Assembly (NCBI GenBank): GCA_934096715.1
Contig: CAKOMQ010000005.1
Coordinates: forward strand, 1 to 61,231
Origin: an uncultured Bacilli bacterium
GTDB lineage: Bacteria > Bacillota_I > Bacilli_A > RF39 > UBA660
Direction: 5' to 3'
Length of the DNA stretch: 61,231 nt
Part shown: positions 1 to 9,295 of the stretch, piece by piece
Position numbering within the stretch: the stretch's first letter is position 1
How the letters are laid out: each line of letters begins with the position of its first letter
Translations under genes and position numbers: made by a program
The notes under the pieces: model-generated
What the model was told of the DNA's origin: nothing
Databases searched by the model: none
What the model saw: only the letters and a program-made list of their open reading frames with translations

Positions 1-74
<74 letters not shown>

Positions 75-88
75 GATAGCGAATAATT

Positions 89-107
89 CCCCAATTTGGG
101 GTTTTTT
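89..107 (+). terminator. Short intrinsic terminator after tRNA-Phe
   Basis: CCCC-AATTT-GGGG hairpin followed by TTTTTT. Confidence 0.45.
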
Positions 108-183
108 ATTTTGTAAAAAAATGTTAAAATTGTTTAGGAAGTTAGTTAAATGAAAGATTGATAGAAAGGACTTTTATTTAGCT

Positions 184-909
184 ATGAAAACTTATATAGT
201 ACTAGATGAATCAGGTGCAATGCATTTAAAAAATGAAAGATTCTTTATAATTGCTGGTTTCCTAACTCAAGAACTTCATAGAGTTACTTCAGCACATAAA
301 AGAGTAGAAAAGGAAGTTAAAATAAGAAAAAACATTCCTATTAATAAAAATGTTGAATTAAAATCTTCTAAGATAAATATTAATCAACAAGCTTTATTTA
401 TAAATGAACTTTATTCTTTAAATCATGTTATACCAATAGCAATTATAGTAGACAAAGATAATCTGAATCAGTTCGGAGCATCTGAAAATGTTGCTTATAA
501 TTTTTTTGTTAAAAATTTAATTAAATATTTATTTAAATGTAATATTACCGAGTTAGATACATGTGATATTGAACTCAGAGTAGATAATCGTAATACTTCG
601 GTAAAGACTCTTAAAGATCTAGAAACTTTTTTAGCGTGGGAATTTGAATTAATGAATTTAAAAGTATCGGTTAAATATTTGGATTCCAAAGATAACAGAG
701 ATGTTCAAATGGCTGACTATGTAGCTAATATGTTTTGGAAAAAATACAATTTAGATAAAAACAAATTATCAAGTAAAGTTAAAAGCGTCAGTAAAACATA
801 TATTTCTAAATTTCCAGTTCAATTATTTAATCATAATCCATCGTTAAAAAAAATGAGAAATACTACCATAAATTCTGATTTAAAGAAAGTGAAAATTTAT
901 GACAAATGA
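184..909 (+). CDS. DUF3800-like protein
   Basis: N-terminal YIVLDESG motif and C-terminal YLDSKDNRDVQMADYVAN (DS..Q.AD) motif, both typical of DUF3800. Overlaps the next ORF by 11 nt, which suggests an operon. Confidence 0.65.
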   Translation: MKTYIVLDESGAMHLKNERFFIIAGFLTQELHRVTSAHKRVEKEVKIRKNIPINKNVELKSSKININQQALFINELYSLNHVIPIAIIVDKDNLNQFGASENVAYNFFVKNLIKYLFKCNITELDTCDIELRVDNRNTSVKTLKDLETFLAWEFELMNLKVSVKYLDSKDNRDVQMADYVANMFWKKYNLDKNKLSSKVKSVSKTYISKFPVQLFNHNPSLKKMRNTTINSDLKKVKIYDK

Positions 910-1837
910 TGAATTAAAAAAATATATTAATGCACTTCTAGGCAAATCAGAAGAAGCATATCTAATGGCTATCGAAATTATAAATAAGCCAACATTAAGT
1001 TATAGAACAGAAGGCTTTTGCTTTTTTATCTGCAATGCTTGGGAATTGTTACTAAAGGCTTATTTGATTGAAACTCAGATGAATATAGAAGCAATTAATT
1101 ATAAGAATAAATTTAATAGAACTATTGGATTAGATGAATGTGTTGAAAAAGTATTTACAAGTAAAACAGATAAAATAAAAAATAATATACTTTTTATTAA
1201 AAACATTAGAAATAAAGCGACTCATTTAATATTGCCAGAGTATGATTATGAATTATCTCCAGCATTTCAACGATGTCTTACAAATTACAATAATTTTTTT
1301 AAGAACCATTTTTTATACTATAATTTAAATGAGAAAATTACCCCATTTGTAGCTTTAGTGAATTCTGTTGATTATAATAATGCTTCTTCATTGCTGTTAA
1401 ATCCAGCAAACTTATTGTCTTATAATGAAATAATATCTAAAATAAAATCTGATGATTCGTTATCTCTAACACTAAAACTAGTTGCTACGAAGAAAGAATC
1501 AGAAGCGGATGTCAAATACATATTATCTAAACGTGCTAATAAAAAAGCTACTATAATTAATGTGCCTAAAGAAATTGATAAAACTCATCCTTATACGACA
1601 AGTGAAATGGTAATAAAAATAAAAGAAATATTAGAAATATCATTAGGAAAAAATCATGGATTTAGTTCCAAAAAATTTCAGGATATATGTAAAAGAAAAA
1701 ATTTAAAAAGTAATCAAGATTATTGTTATCAATTTAAATATTCTAAAAATATTATATATAAGTATAGTTACAGTGCAATTGAATATATCTGTCAATTATA
1801 TATATCGGAGTACAAAGAATGCGAAAAAGAAAAATAG
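899..1837 (+). CDS. Hypothetical protein, DUF3644-like N-terminal region
   Basis: AYLMAIEIINKPTLSYRTEGFCFFICNAWELLLKAYL resembles the DUF3644 signature as I recall it. Translationally coupled to the DUF3800-like gene. Confidence 0.45.
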   Translation: MTNDELKKYINALLGKSEEAYLMAIEIINKPTLSYRTEGFCFFICNAWELLLKAYLIETQMNIEAINYKNKFNRTIGLDECVEKVFTSKTDKIKNNILFIKNIRNKATHLILPEYDYELSPAFQRCLTNYNNFFKNHFLYYNLNEKITPFVALVNSVDYNNASSLLLNPANLLSYNEIISKIKSDDSLSLTLKLVATKKESEADVKYILSKRANKKATIINVPKEIDKTHPYTTSEMVIKIKEILEISLGKNHGFSSKKFQDICKRKNLKSNQDYCYQFKYSKNIIYKYSYSAIEYICQLYISEYKECEKEK

Positions 1838-1874
1838 GGGTATTATTTTAGAAAAATTGTGATATAATTATATC

Positions 1875-1977
1875 AGTTGGGTACTTGGGAAGGAGTAACG
1901 ATGTGTTGGCAAAGCCAGTAAGCAAACTTATTAGTATGTGAGAATTCATCTCGCCTGGGGTACCCACTTTTATTTTT
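1875..1977 (+). ncRNA. Candidate ~100-nt orphan transcript carrying a 6-codon mini-ORF (MCWQSQ, 1901-1921)
   Basis: Extended -10 TGaTATAAT at 1860-1868. SD GGGAAGGAG at 1887-1895, 5 nt before ATG 1901. 5' TGGGTAC pairs with 3' GTACCCA, followed by a T-run at 1968-1977. Confidence 0.3.
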
Positions 1978-2042
1978 GAAAAAAGTTTAAAATAATCAAC
2001 ATTTTTCTTTGAAATTCAAAGGTTATATGTTATAATTTGTTT

Positions 2043-2156
2043 AGAAGACCTTTGAGATATATCGAGCCAAGCAATTACCGCGAATGTTCTAATCGTATGT
2101 TAAGTACGGGATTTCTCAGGCAGAAGCAACTTTTTTAAAGAGTTGCTTTTTATTTT
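2043..2156 (+). ncRNA. Candidate ~110-nt sRNA or cis-leader, class unassigned
   Basis: Promoter TTGAAA (2009-2014), 16-nt spacer, TGtTATAAT (2028-2036). Intrinsic terminator AAGCAACT-loop-AGTTGCTT plus T-run (2124-2156). The downstream gene has its own TTTACA-17-TATAAT promoter. Confidence 0.35.
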
Positions 2157-2245
2157 GTCGATTTTTGTATTTACAAGAGGTTGATTTTATACTATAATTT
2201 AATAGAAGGATAGGCAAATATCCATAAATGAAAGAGGATTATGTG

Positions 2246-3403
2246 ATGCTTGAAAAAATAAAAAATTATTACAAAAACCTATCTAAGAAAAATAAAAAAC
2301 AACTACCAATAGTAGTTGGTGTTTTTGTTGTCTTATTTTTTACAGGCATAAGCATGGTTTTAGCATTTTATAATGGCGCATATTCATTTCCTATTATCTC
2401 TAATAAAGTAGGAAATTTTGATAATGGTAATGGAGATTTAGCAATAGTAATATATAGACAATCAAATAATTTAAGTGATTCAACTAAAGAATACAAAAGA
2501 GTATATGGAATACCCCAAGTAGGATTTTCATTAGATCATGTTGACTGTACTCAAACTTGTACACAAAACCAAAGTGACGCTTGTCATTATACTTATGATG
2601 TTGAAAATAATTTATATTCACTAACAAGTGATAAAAAAGTAACATGTAGATTCTACTATAATAAAACTGCTGAAGCTGATGTAGAAGTTTCAATAATGAT
2701 AGAGGACGAAAATGGGGGAATAGTTCATGAAGGTAAAAACTATCGTGAAATAGATTCAATCCCAGCATTCGGTTATGAATACACAGGTTATTATTGCGCT
2801 AAAGCTGCAACAGTTACATATAATCAAGAGTTAAAAACTTTCAATGTTTCAACAACTACACGAAATTCTTGTCAAGCATTCTTTAATAAAGTAAATGATT
2901 CTGATATAACAGTAAAAGTATTTGTTCAAACTGCTCTTGGCGGAAGTATTTATCAAGAAGTTGAGTCAATTCCAACAAATAAATCATATATAATTTCAAC
3001 TAATGCAAATTATACAACTGCTTGCTACAACTCATCAGGGGCTAAGACTAGTGACACAATTACTTATAGTGGTGGATATATAACAGTTTCAGCTACTAGT
3101 AAAGTTAGTTGTAATGTATACTTAGATCTTTATAGTGGAGCACCTTTAATAAATAGTTTAACAGCTACATCTACAACAAACTCATTAGTTGTAACTGGAG
3201 ACGTTACTAAGGGAACAAATGGACTAAGCTGTTACAAATTCAAAATGGACGATGTTAGCGATTTAAGCGCTTGTCAATCTACACCAACAATGACATATTC
3301 TAACCTAGATAGTTGTACTTATTATCGTATTACAATGTACGCAGTTGACGATCAAGGTATTCAAGTAGGATATACAAAATCATTTAAAACTACAGGATGT
3401 TAA
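2246..3403 (+). CDS. Membrane-anchored surface protein, member A of the paralogous family (Cys-bracketed modules, no C-terminal RPVFYLT domain)
   Basis: SD AAAGAGG lies 8 nt before ATG 2246, so I preferred this start to the track start at 2228. It has an N-terminal TM segment. There are three repeats of the E/D-x-NG...GY.Y...C...C.(F/Y)(F/Y)NK module also found at the N-termini of the 34137 and 37012 ORFs. The C-terminal Ig-like module is shared with those ORFs. Confidence 0.75.
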   Translation: MLEKIKNYYKNLSKKNKKQLPIVVGVFVVLFFTGISMVLAFYNGAYSFPIISNKVGNFDNGNGDLAIVIYRQSNNLSDSTKEYKRVYGIPQVGFSLDHVDCTQTCTQNQSDACHYTYDVENNLYSLTSDKKVTCRFYYNKTAEADVEVSIMIEDENGGIVHEGKNYREIDSIPAFGYEYTGYYCAKAATVTYNQELKTFNVSTTTRNSCQAFFNKVNDSDITVKVFVQTALGGSIYQEVESIPTNKSYIISTNANYTTACYNSSGAKTSDTITYSGGYITVSATSKVSCNVYLDLYSGAPLINSLTATSTTNSLVVTGDVTKGTNGLSCYKFKMDDVSDLSACQSTPTMTYSNLDSCTYYRITMYAVDDQGIQVGYTKSFKTTGC

Positions 3404-3432
3404 TAGGCTAAAAAATAGCCTATTTTCTTTTT
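3403..3432 (+). terminator. Intrinsic terminator
   Basis: ATAGGCT-loop-AGCCTAT followed by a T-rich run. Confidence 0.6.
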
Positions 3433-3477
3433 ATATAAAAATGTGCTATAATCATCTTAGACAATACTAAGAAGGGT

Positions 3478-3632
3478 TGTAGCTGTATTGTTGAGCGCAT
3501 GGACCAGTAATGGTTGACGAGGATAGTAGTTGTCGAATTATCAGCGGATGCTACTACGGATAAGGTTTATTCGTTAAATATACTACAAAATGTAAAATCT
3601 AAGATTACAACAAAAAGTATATTAAGGAAAGG
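3478..3632 (+). promoter_or_regulatory. glmS ribozyme/riboswitch
   Basis: Lies directly upstream of glmS. Cleavage-site context TTG/AGCGC at 3494. Conserved core GACGAGG and CAGCGGATGC. Confidence 0.85.
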
Positions 3633-3641
3633 AAAATTAAA

Positions 3642-5402
3642 ATGTGTGGAATAGTTGGATATGTAGGTAAAGAAAAAGCGTTACCTATTATTTTAAACGG
3701 TTTAAAATTTTTGGAATACAGGGGATATGATAGTGCTGGAGTAGCTTACTATAAAAATGGAATGGTTGAAGTAAAGAAGAAAGTAGGAAAGATTGCAAAC
3801 TTAGATAAGCTAATCAATTATGATGAAGATACTTATTTAGGAATAGGACATACAAGATGGGCAACGCATGGTAAACCAAGTGTTACAAATGCTCATCCCC
3901 ATGTTAGTGGAAAATTTACAGTAGTACATAACGGTATAATTGAAAACTATCTGGAATTAAAAGACAAATTACTTAGAAATGGGGTATCATTTAAAAGTGA
4001 AACAGATACTGAAATAATTGCAGCACTTCTTGATTACAATTATAATGGTAATATTTTAGAAACTATTAAGAAAACATTAGATGAAGTTAGGGGAAGTTAT
4101 GCTTTAGGTATTATTTGTAGTGATGATGATAGTACTTTATATACTGCAAGACTTGGTAGTCCATTAATAATTGCTCATAACGATAATGGAAACTTTATTG
4201 CCAGTGATGTACCAGCAATTTTAAAATATACTAACAGATATTATTTATTAGATGATGGTGAAATAGCTACATTAACTAAAGATTCGATAACTATCTATGA
4301 TAAAGATTTAAATAAGATTGAAAAAGAAGAAAAAATATTTGAAGGAAGTCCTGAATCAGCAATGCTTAATGGATATGATCACTATATGATTAAAGAAATT
4401 AATGAACAACCAAAAGTATTTGTTGATACTCTAAATTATTATGTTGAAAACAACAATTTCAAAAATACTATGCCAGATTTTAATAAGTATAATAAAATCC
4501 ATATAGTAGCATGTGGTAGTAGTTACCATGTTGGACTAGTTGGTAAAAGAGTAATTGAAGAATATGCAAATATTCCAGTTGAAGTATATGTAGCAAGTGA
4601 ATATCGTTATGATAAAATTTTTTATAATAAAGATGAACTTGTTATATTAATTAGTCAAAGTGGAGAGACTGCAGATACATTAGCGGCTCTTCGTAAAGCT
4701 AAAAACGAAGGAGTAGATACTCTTGCTATCGTTAACGTAGTTGGTTCTAGTATTTCTCGTGAAGCTGACAAAACTTTATATATAAAAGCAGGACCAGAAA
4801 TATCAGTAGCAACAACTAAAGCTTATTCAGGACAATTATTATTATTAATATTAATAGCTATAAAGTTATCTAACAATTTAGAATTATTAAAGGAATTAGA
4901 TGGTACACTTGATGCAATTAAAGAAATTTTAAATATCGATTTAAGAGAAGCAGCAGAATATATTGCAAAATATGAAAATGCTTTCTTTATTGGTAGACTT
5001 ACTGACTATGCATTATGTATGGAAGGTGCTTTAAAACTTAAAGAAATTTCTTATATAAATTGTAGTGCTTTTGCTGCAGGAGAATTAAAACATGGTACAA
5101 TATCTTTAATTAATGAAGGTATACCAGTTATAAGTGTATGTACAGAAGAGTTAATAGCAGAAAAAACCATTAGTAACATTAAAGAAGTTAAAGCTAGAGA
5201 TGCTTATGTGTTATTTATAACTTGTGATGATATAGAAGGAGACTTCTATGACAAAAAAATAGTGATACCTAAAGTATCACCATTAACTCAAAGTTTAGTA
5301 GCTATTATACCACTTCAAATTTTAAGTTATGAAATTGCTAAAATACGTGGTTGTGAAATAGATAAACCAAGAAATTTAGCTAAATCAGTTACAGTAGAGT
5401 AA
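3642..5402 (+). CDS. glmS: Glutamine--fructose-6-phosphate aminotransferase
   Basis: N-terminal MCGIVGY (Ntn Cys), two SIS domains, C-terminal KPRNLAKSVTVE. Confidence 0.97.
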   Translation: MCGIVGYVGKEKALPIILNGLKFLEYRGYDSAGVAYYKNGMVEVKKKVGKIANLDKLINYDEDTYLGIGHTRWATHGKPSVTNAHPHVSGKFTVVHNGIIENYLELKDKLLRNGVSFKSETDTEIIAALLDYNYNGNILETIKKTLDEVRGSYALGIICSDDDSTLYTARLGSPLIIAHNDNGNFIASDVPAILKYTNRYYLLDDGEIATLTKDSITIYDKDLNKIEKEEKIFEGSPESAMLNGYDHYMIKEINEQPKVFVDTLNYYVENNNFKNTMPDFNKYNKIHIVACGSSYHVGLVGKRVIEEYANIPVEVYVASEYRYDKIFYNKDELVILISQSGETADTLAALRKAKNEGVDTLAIVNVVGSSISREADKTLYIKAGPEISVATTKAYSGQLLLLILIAIKLSNNLELLKELDGTLDAIKEILNIDLREAAEYIAKYENAFFIGRLTDYALCMEGALKLKEISYINCSAFAAGELKHGTISLINEGIPVISVCTEELIAEKTISNIKEVKARDAYVLFITCDDIEGDFYDKKIVIPKVSPLTQSLVAIIPLQILSYEIAKIRGCEIDKPRNLAKSVTVE

Positions 5403-6479
5403 TTATTTTCTTTCAAGTTTATCTTGTAAGTCACTTACGTAATCTGAAACATGAGAATTAGGATGTATTCCTAATTTTTTCATTTCTTTATAATATTCTA
5501 ATTCAGTTAAATTATTTAACATCATTAATTTTTTTAATACATAAATAGCTTTTTCACGATCAAATTTATATAGTTCATATAACTCAATTGCTACAAGATA
5601 TCCAAATAAGTTAGGAATTGTGTATTTTAAAATGTTTGAGTTAATAAAATCAATATACTCGCTATCATAGTTAAATCTTTTTAAAGCTTCTCTTTTAAAT
5701 ATTTTATTCTTTTTACATCCAATTTCATCAAATAACTTTGCTAAATTAATCATTTCATTCGCATCATAAGCAAGAGAAATATTGTCACCAAAAATGCTGT
5801 AAGCATAGTCATAAACATGATTCAACTTTTGTTTTTTTGCTAAGAAATCTGTAAGTAATAATTCAAAAAATAGAGAATACGATTCTTCTAAGAAAAGCTT
5901 TTTATCTGACATTAAATTAAAATGATTCATAGTAAATGCTATAGCGTGAGCATACTCATGTATACTAGAGTATATTGGAACTAAACCTTCTGATTGCCTG
6001 ATTTTCATGTAAACTTTATTAAAATAAGGTATTCCAAATGTACAAGCTTCAACAATATCATCAGCCATATTTCCGAATGTTACATTAGTATATCTTTCTT
6101 TGAATATTTCATTAAATATTTTAAAGAATTCTTTATCAAATGATTTGTAAAAATCATGTGTCATACTAAGTATTGCATCTTTACTAAATTTTTCTTTGTT
6201 TTCTTTTAATTCAAAAGGAAATAGAAATGTCTCATTATATTTAGCACTATTAATATCTTCAACTAAAAATGAATGTGTTTTCAAATATATAGAATTAGAT
6301 TCTAAACATTCCTTAGTTGATGCAAATTCTCCTAAGACTTCTAATTCTTGTATAAAATCTTCTATAGATCTAATATTTCTATTAATTTCAGCTCTCTCTT
6401 GATTACTTTTTCCTTTTTTTAATCTTTCTAATAAATCTATTTGATCCATTAAATTATATTTAGTCCATATATATTTCAT
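5403..6479 (-). CDS. HExxH-motif protein, possible zinc metallopeptidase
   Basis: HEYAH motif in a 358-aa ORF. Family not assignable by eye. Confidence 0.4.
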   Translation of the reverse strand: MKYIWTKYNLMDQIDLLERLKKGKSNQERAEINRNIRSIEDFIQELEVLGEFASTKECLESNSIYLKTHSFLVEDINSAKYNETFLFPFELKENKEKFSKDAILSMTHDFYKSFDKEFFKIFNEIFKERYTNVTFGNMADDIVEACTFGIPYFNKVYMKIRQSEGLVPIYSSIHEYAHAIAFTMNHFNLMSDKKLFLEESYSLFFELLLTDFLAKKQKLNHVYDYAYSIFGDNISLAYDANEMINLAKLFDEIGCKKNKIFKREALKRFNYDSEYIDFINSNILKYTIPNLFGYLVAIELYELYKFDREKAIYVLKKLMMLNNLTELEYYKEMKKLGIHPNSHVSDYVSDLQDKLERK

Positions 6480-6886
6480 TTTGTACCCGCTTCCTTGGTT
6501 ATTTATCCTATCATAATATTAACTTTATTACAATTAAAACTTGCATTAAAAACTTACAAATTATTTTTCTACATCATTTTTTACAATTTTTTATTAATGA
6601 TATAAAATCCGCAGGCAAAACTTACTTTCTACTATTTTTGTTTCAAATAATTATAAATCGATTTATAAATCTTGTCTTTTTTCTTATAATTTTCTTGTTT
6701 TGAAACATAACCTATGACTTAATACATATTGACTTTAAAATTAATTAATGATACATTTAACATGTAAGTAAAAATAGTACTTTTTAGTCATCAAGAATAT
6801 TAATTTTTTGATTATGAATATTATTATTATTATTGATGATTAAAACAACACATTTAATTCTTTTTAAGAACAAGGAGCGTGGTATT

Positions 6887-9295
6887 ATGTTAAAGAAGAT
6901 ATTAAATGCAATTATTTGTTTAGGCTTAATAATGCAAAATTTTGCTTTTATTTTTCAAGTAGAAGCAGAAGAAATTAATACACCTAATATTAAGACTAGT
7001 GATATTTATCAAGGAAATAAAAAAGCAAAGCTTGATGATAATAATAATTTTATTATTGATAACTATGATGGTGTTTATTTGGATTTGAAACTTGAAAATA
7101 TTGAAGAGTCTAAAGATTATTATATTAAACTTGAAAACAAACAATATTCGATTGGTTTTATGTATGATGATTCATATCAAGATAAAACAAAATTATATTT
7201 TCATTATTTAGATGATTCAAATGGAATTCTAACTTATAATATTAAAGTTTGCGATAACTGGGAATGCAATAAAGTATATACATCAAAAGCAATAAATGTT
7301 AAGATAGACCATTTTGATAAAATTAAAAACAGTAAAGTTATTATTAGTGATATTAATCAAGGTGATAATAATTTTGAGACTAAAGATGAATATGGTTATA
7401 AAAATATATATTTAAATAACAAGCAAACTATTTCTTTAAAATTAACAGGAGAAAATTTAATTGATGATGCTAGTTATGTAGTAAATGGCGATGGATTACA
7501 AAGTAATTTAATTTATAGTGGTAGTGAACTTAAAAAAGGGGTAGAAGTAAAATATTATCCTACTCTAAGATCTAGTAGCTTTAATATTAACGTAGAACTT
7601 CAAGGTATTCAAATTCAACCAAAGATAAAATACAATGATGGAACAAAAACATATGATTATTTTCAAATTATTTTAAATGAAGATGAAAATTTACAAAGTT
7701 ATTCATATAATCTTTTCTATACTAATTATCTGAACAAAAAAATAAAAAAATCTGACTTGGAATACAAAGAATATTATATTATTAATAGTAATTATCATAA
7801 TGATAATAATACATTATCATTGAATATTAATGGGAATAAATATTTAGATAAAGATTATCAAATAACAATCAGTGTCAAGCAAGCTAACAATACAATATAT
7901 AATAAAAAATTAAATGTTAATGGCCTATTATTAAATAATGGTTATCAAATAGAATTGGATGGCTTAGCATTAGAATTAAATAAAGATGAAAATGGAGAAT
8001 TATATGAATTCTATGTTGATGTAGATAATGCAGTGACAAAGCAAGAATACAAATACAACTCTGTAGGTAAAGATGCTTATATTAGTTCTAATATATTTTT
8101 TGAAAATGGTAAAAAAAATCTATCTGTGTTTAGAGGAGATGGAAACTACTTCTTTAATAGTGGAATATATGACACAAATAAAGATGTATTTACAAAGTAT
8201 AATTCAATTTTTCTAAGATATATGGGAAGTAATCTTAACAATGATGAAACTTATGAGTATATTTTAGAATATGGTAACTTTAATGAAAGTAACAATTCAA
8301 GAAACTATGAAGTAACCTTAAAAACAGGTAAAGTAACAGGTTTTTTATTAAATACAATTGGTTTATTATTTAAGGTAGATAATAATAAAAATTATATTAA
8401 TCCTGTATATAAGTTAACATTAAAAAAAGGTGATGAAATACTATATGTAGACGCTCCAGTTATATATATAGTTAATTCTCCAACATTAGCTAATGTAAGT
8501 TTAAAGGCAAATAAAAAGAATTTATATTTAAAAACTAGTGATTTATCATATATTGCCACAAGGAATAGTCAAATAGAATTTTCTGTTTCTGGACTTGGTT
8601 TTGAAGAAAACACATATTATGAATTTGATTATTGTACTTCTTTAAATTATAATAATGAAAATCCAAATGGTAACAATAAATGTGAAAAAGTAAAATTTAA
8701 AGGTAAAGATTTAAATAGTGGTACAGCAGTATTAAAATATGATAAAAAGATAGATAAAAATGTAAAATCAATTGATGTATATTTATATTGTGAATTAAAA
8801 AAATTCTCTTCAGAAAATTCTACTATTCAAGGAGGATTTAATGTTACATTTGTGGATAGTAAAGATTTCTTTCAAAATTTAACAAAATATTTTGTAGATA
8901 ATGTTAATGATTTAATCAAAAATATTAGTAAAAATACCAATGTAGAAGATTTTACTAAAAATGTTGATATTAAAGATAATGGTAAAGTTAAAATATTTGA
9001 TACAAATGGAACAACAGAGATTAACGGTAAAATTGGAACTGGAATGATAGCAAGAGTAGTAAATGAATATGATGAAAATGTGCTTGATTTAGATGTTGTA
9101 GTAAAAGGTGATGTAACTGGAGATGGTAATATTTCAGTTACGGATTTAGCTAAAATTAAAAGACATTTGGCAGGTAACGAAAAATTAACTGGAGTTTATG
9201 AAACAGCTGGAAATATTACTGATTCAGGAAGTGTAAGTATAACTGATTTAGTAAAAATTAGTAGAGATGTAGCTAAAATTCAGGAGGTTAAATAG
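6887..9295 (+). CDS. Large secreted N/K/Y-rich repeat protein with C-terminal dockerin-type repeats
   Basis: SD AAGGAG before ATG 6887, with a signal peptide ending FQVEA/EE. C-terminal GDVTGDGNISVTDLAKIKRHL and GNITDSGSVSITDLVKISRDV match the dockerin Ca-binding repeat pattern. Confidence 0.7.
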   Translation: MLKKILNAIICLGLIMQNFAFIFQVEAEEINTPNIKTSDIYQGNKKAKLDDNNNFIIDNYDGVYLDLKLENIEESKDYYIKLENKQYSIGFMYDDSYQDKTKLYFHYLDDSNGILTYNIKVCDNWECNKVYTSKAINVKIDHFDKIKNSKVIISDINQGDNNFETKDEYGYKNIYLNNKQTISLKLTGENLIDDASYVVNGDGLQSNLIYSGSELKKGVEVKYYPTLRSSSFNINVELQGIQIQPKIKYNDGTKTYDYFQIILNEDENLQSYSYNLFYTNYLNKKIKKSDLEYKEYYIINSNYHNDNNTLSLNINGNKYLDKDYQITISVKQANNTIYNKKLNVNGLLLNNGYQIELDGLALELNKDENGELYEFYVDVDNAVTKQEYKYNSVGKDAYISSNIFFENGKKNLSVFRGDGNYFFNSGIYDTNKDVFTKYNSIFLRYMGSNLNNDETYEYILEYGNFNESNNSRNYEVTLKTGKVTGFLLNTIGLLFKVDNNKNYINPVYKLTLKKGDEILYVDAPVIYIVNSPTLANVSLKANKKNLYLKTSDLSYIATRNSQIEFSVSGLGFEENTYYEFDYCTSLNYNNENPNGNNKCEKVKFKGKDLNSGTAVLKYDKKIDKNVKSIDVYLYCELKKFSSENSTIQGGFNVTFVDSKDFFQNLTKYFVDNVNDLIKNISKNTNVEDFTKNVDIKDNGKVKIFDTNGTTEINGKIGTGMIARVVNEYDENVLDLDVVVKGDVTGDGNISVTDLAKIKRHLAGNEKLTGVYETAGNITDSGSVSITDLVKISRDVAKIQEVK

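Noticed and set aside
1875-1977. An SRP (4.5S) RNA, 6S RNA or tmRNA identity for the small structured transcript.
   Set aside because: It lacks the SRP domain IV GGAA/AGCA motifs and the 6S central-bubble architecture. It has no tRNA-like ends or tag ORF.
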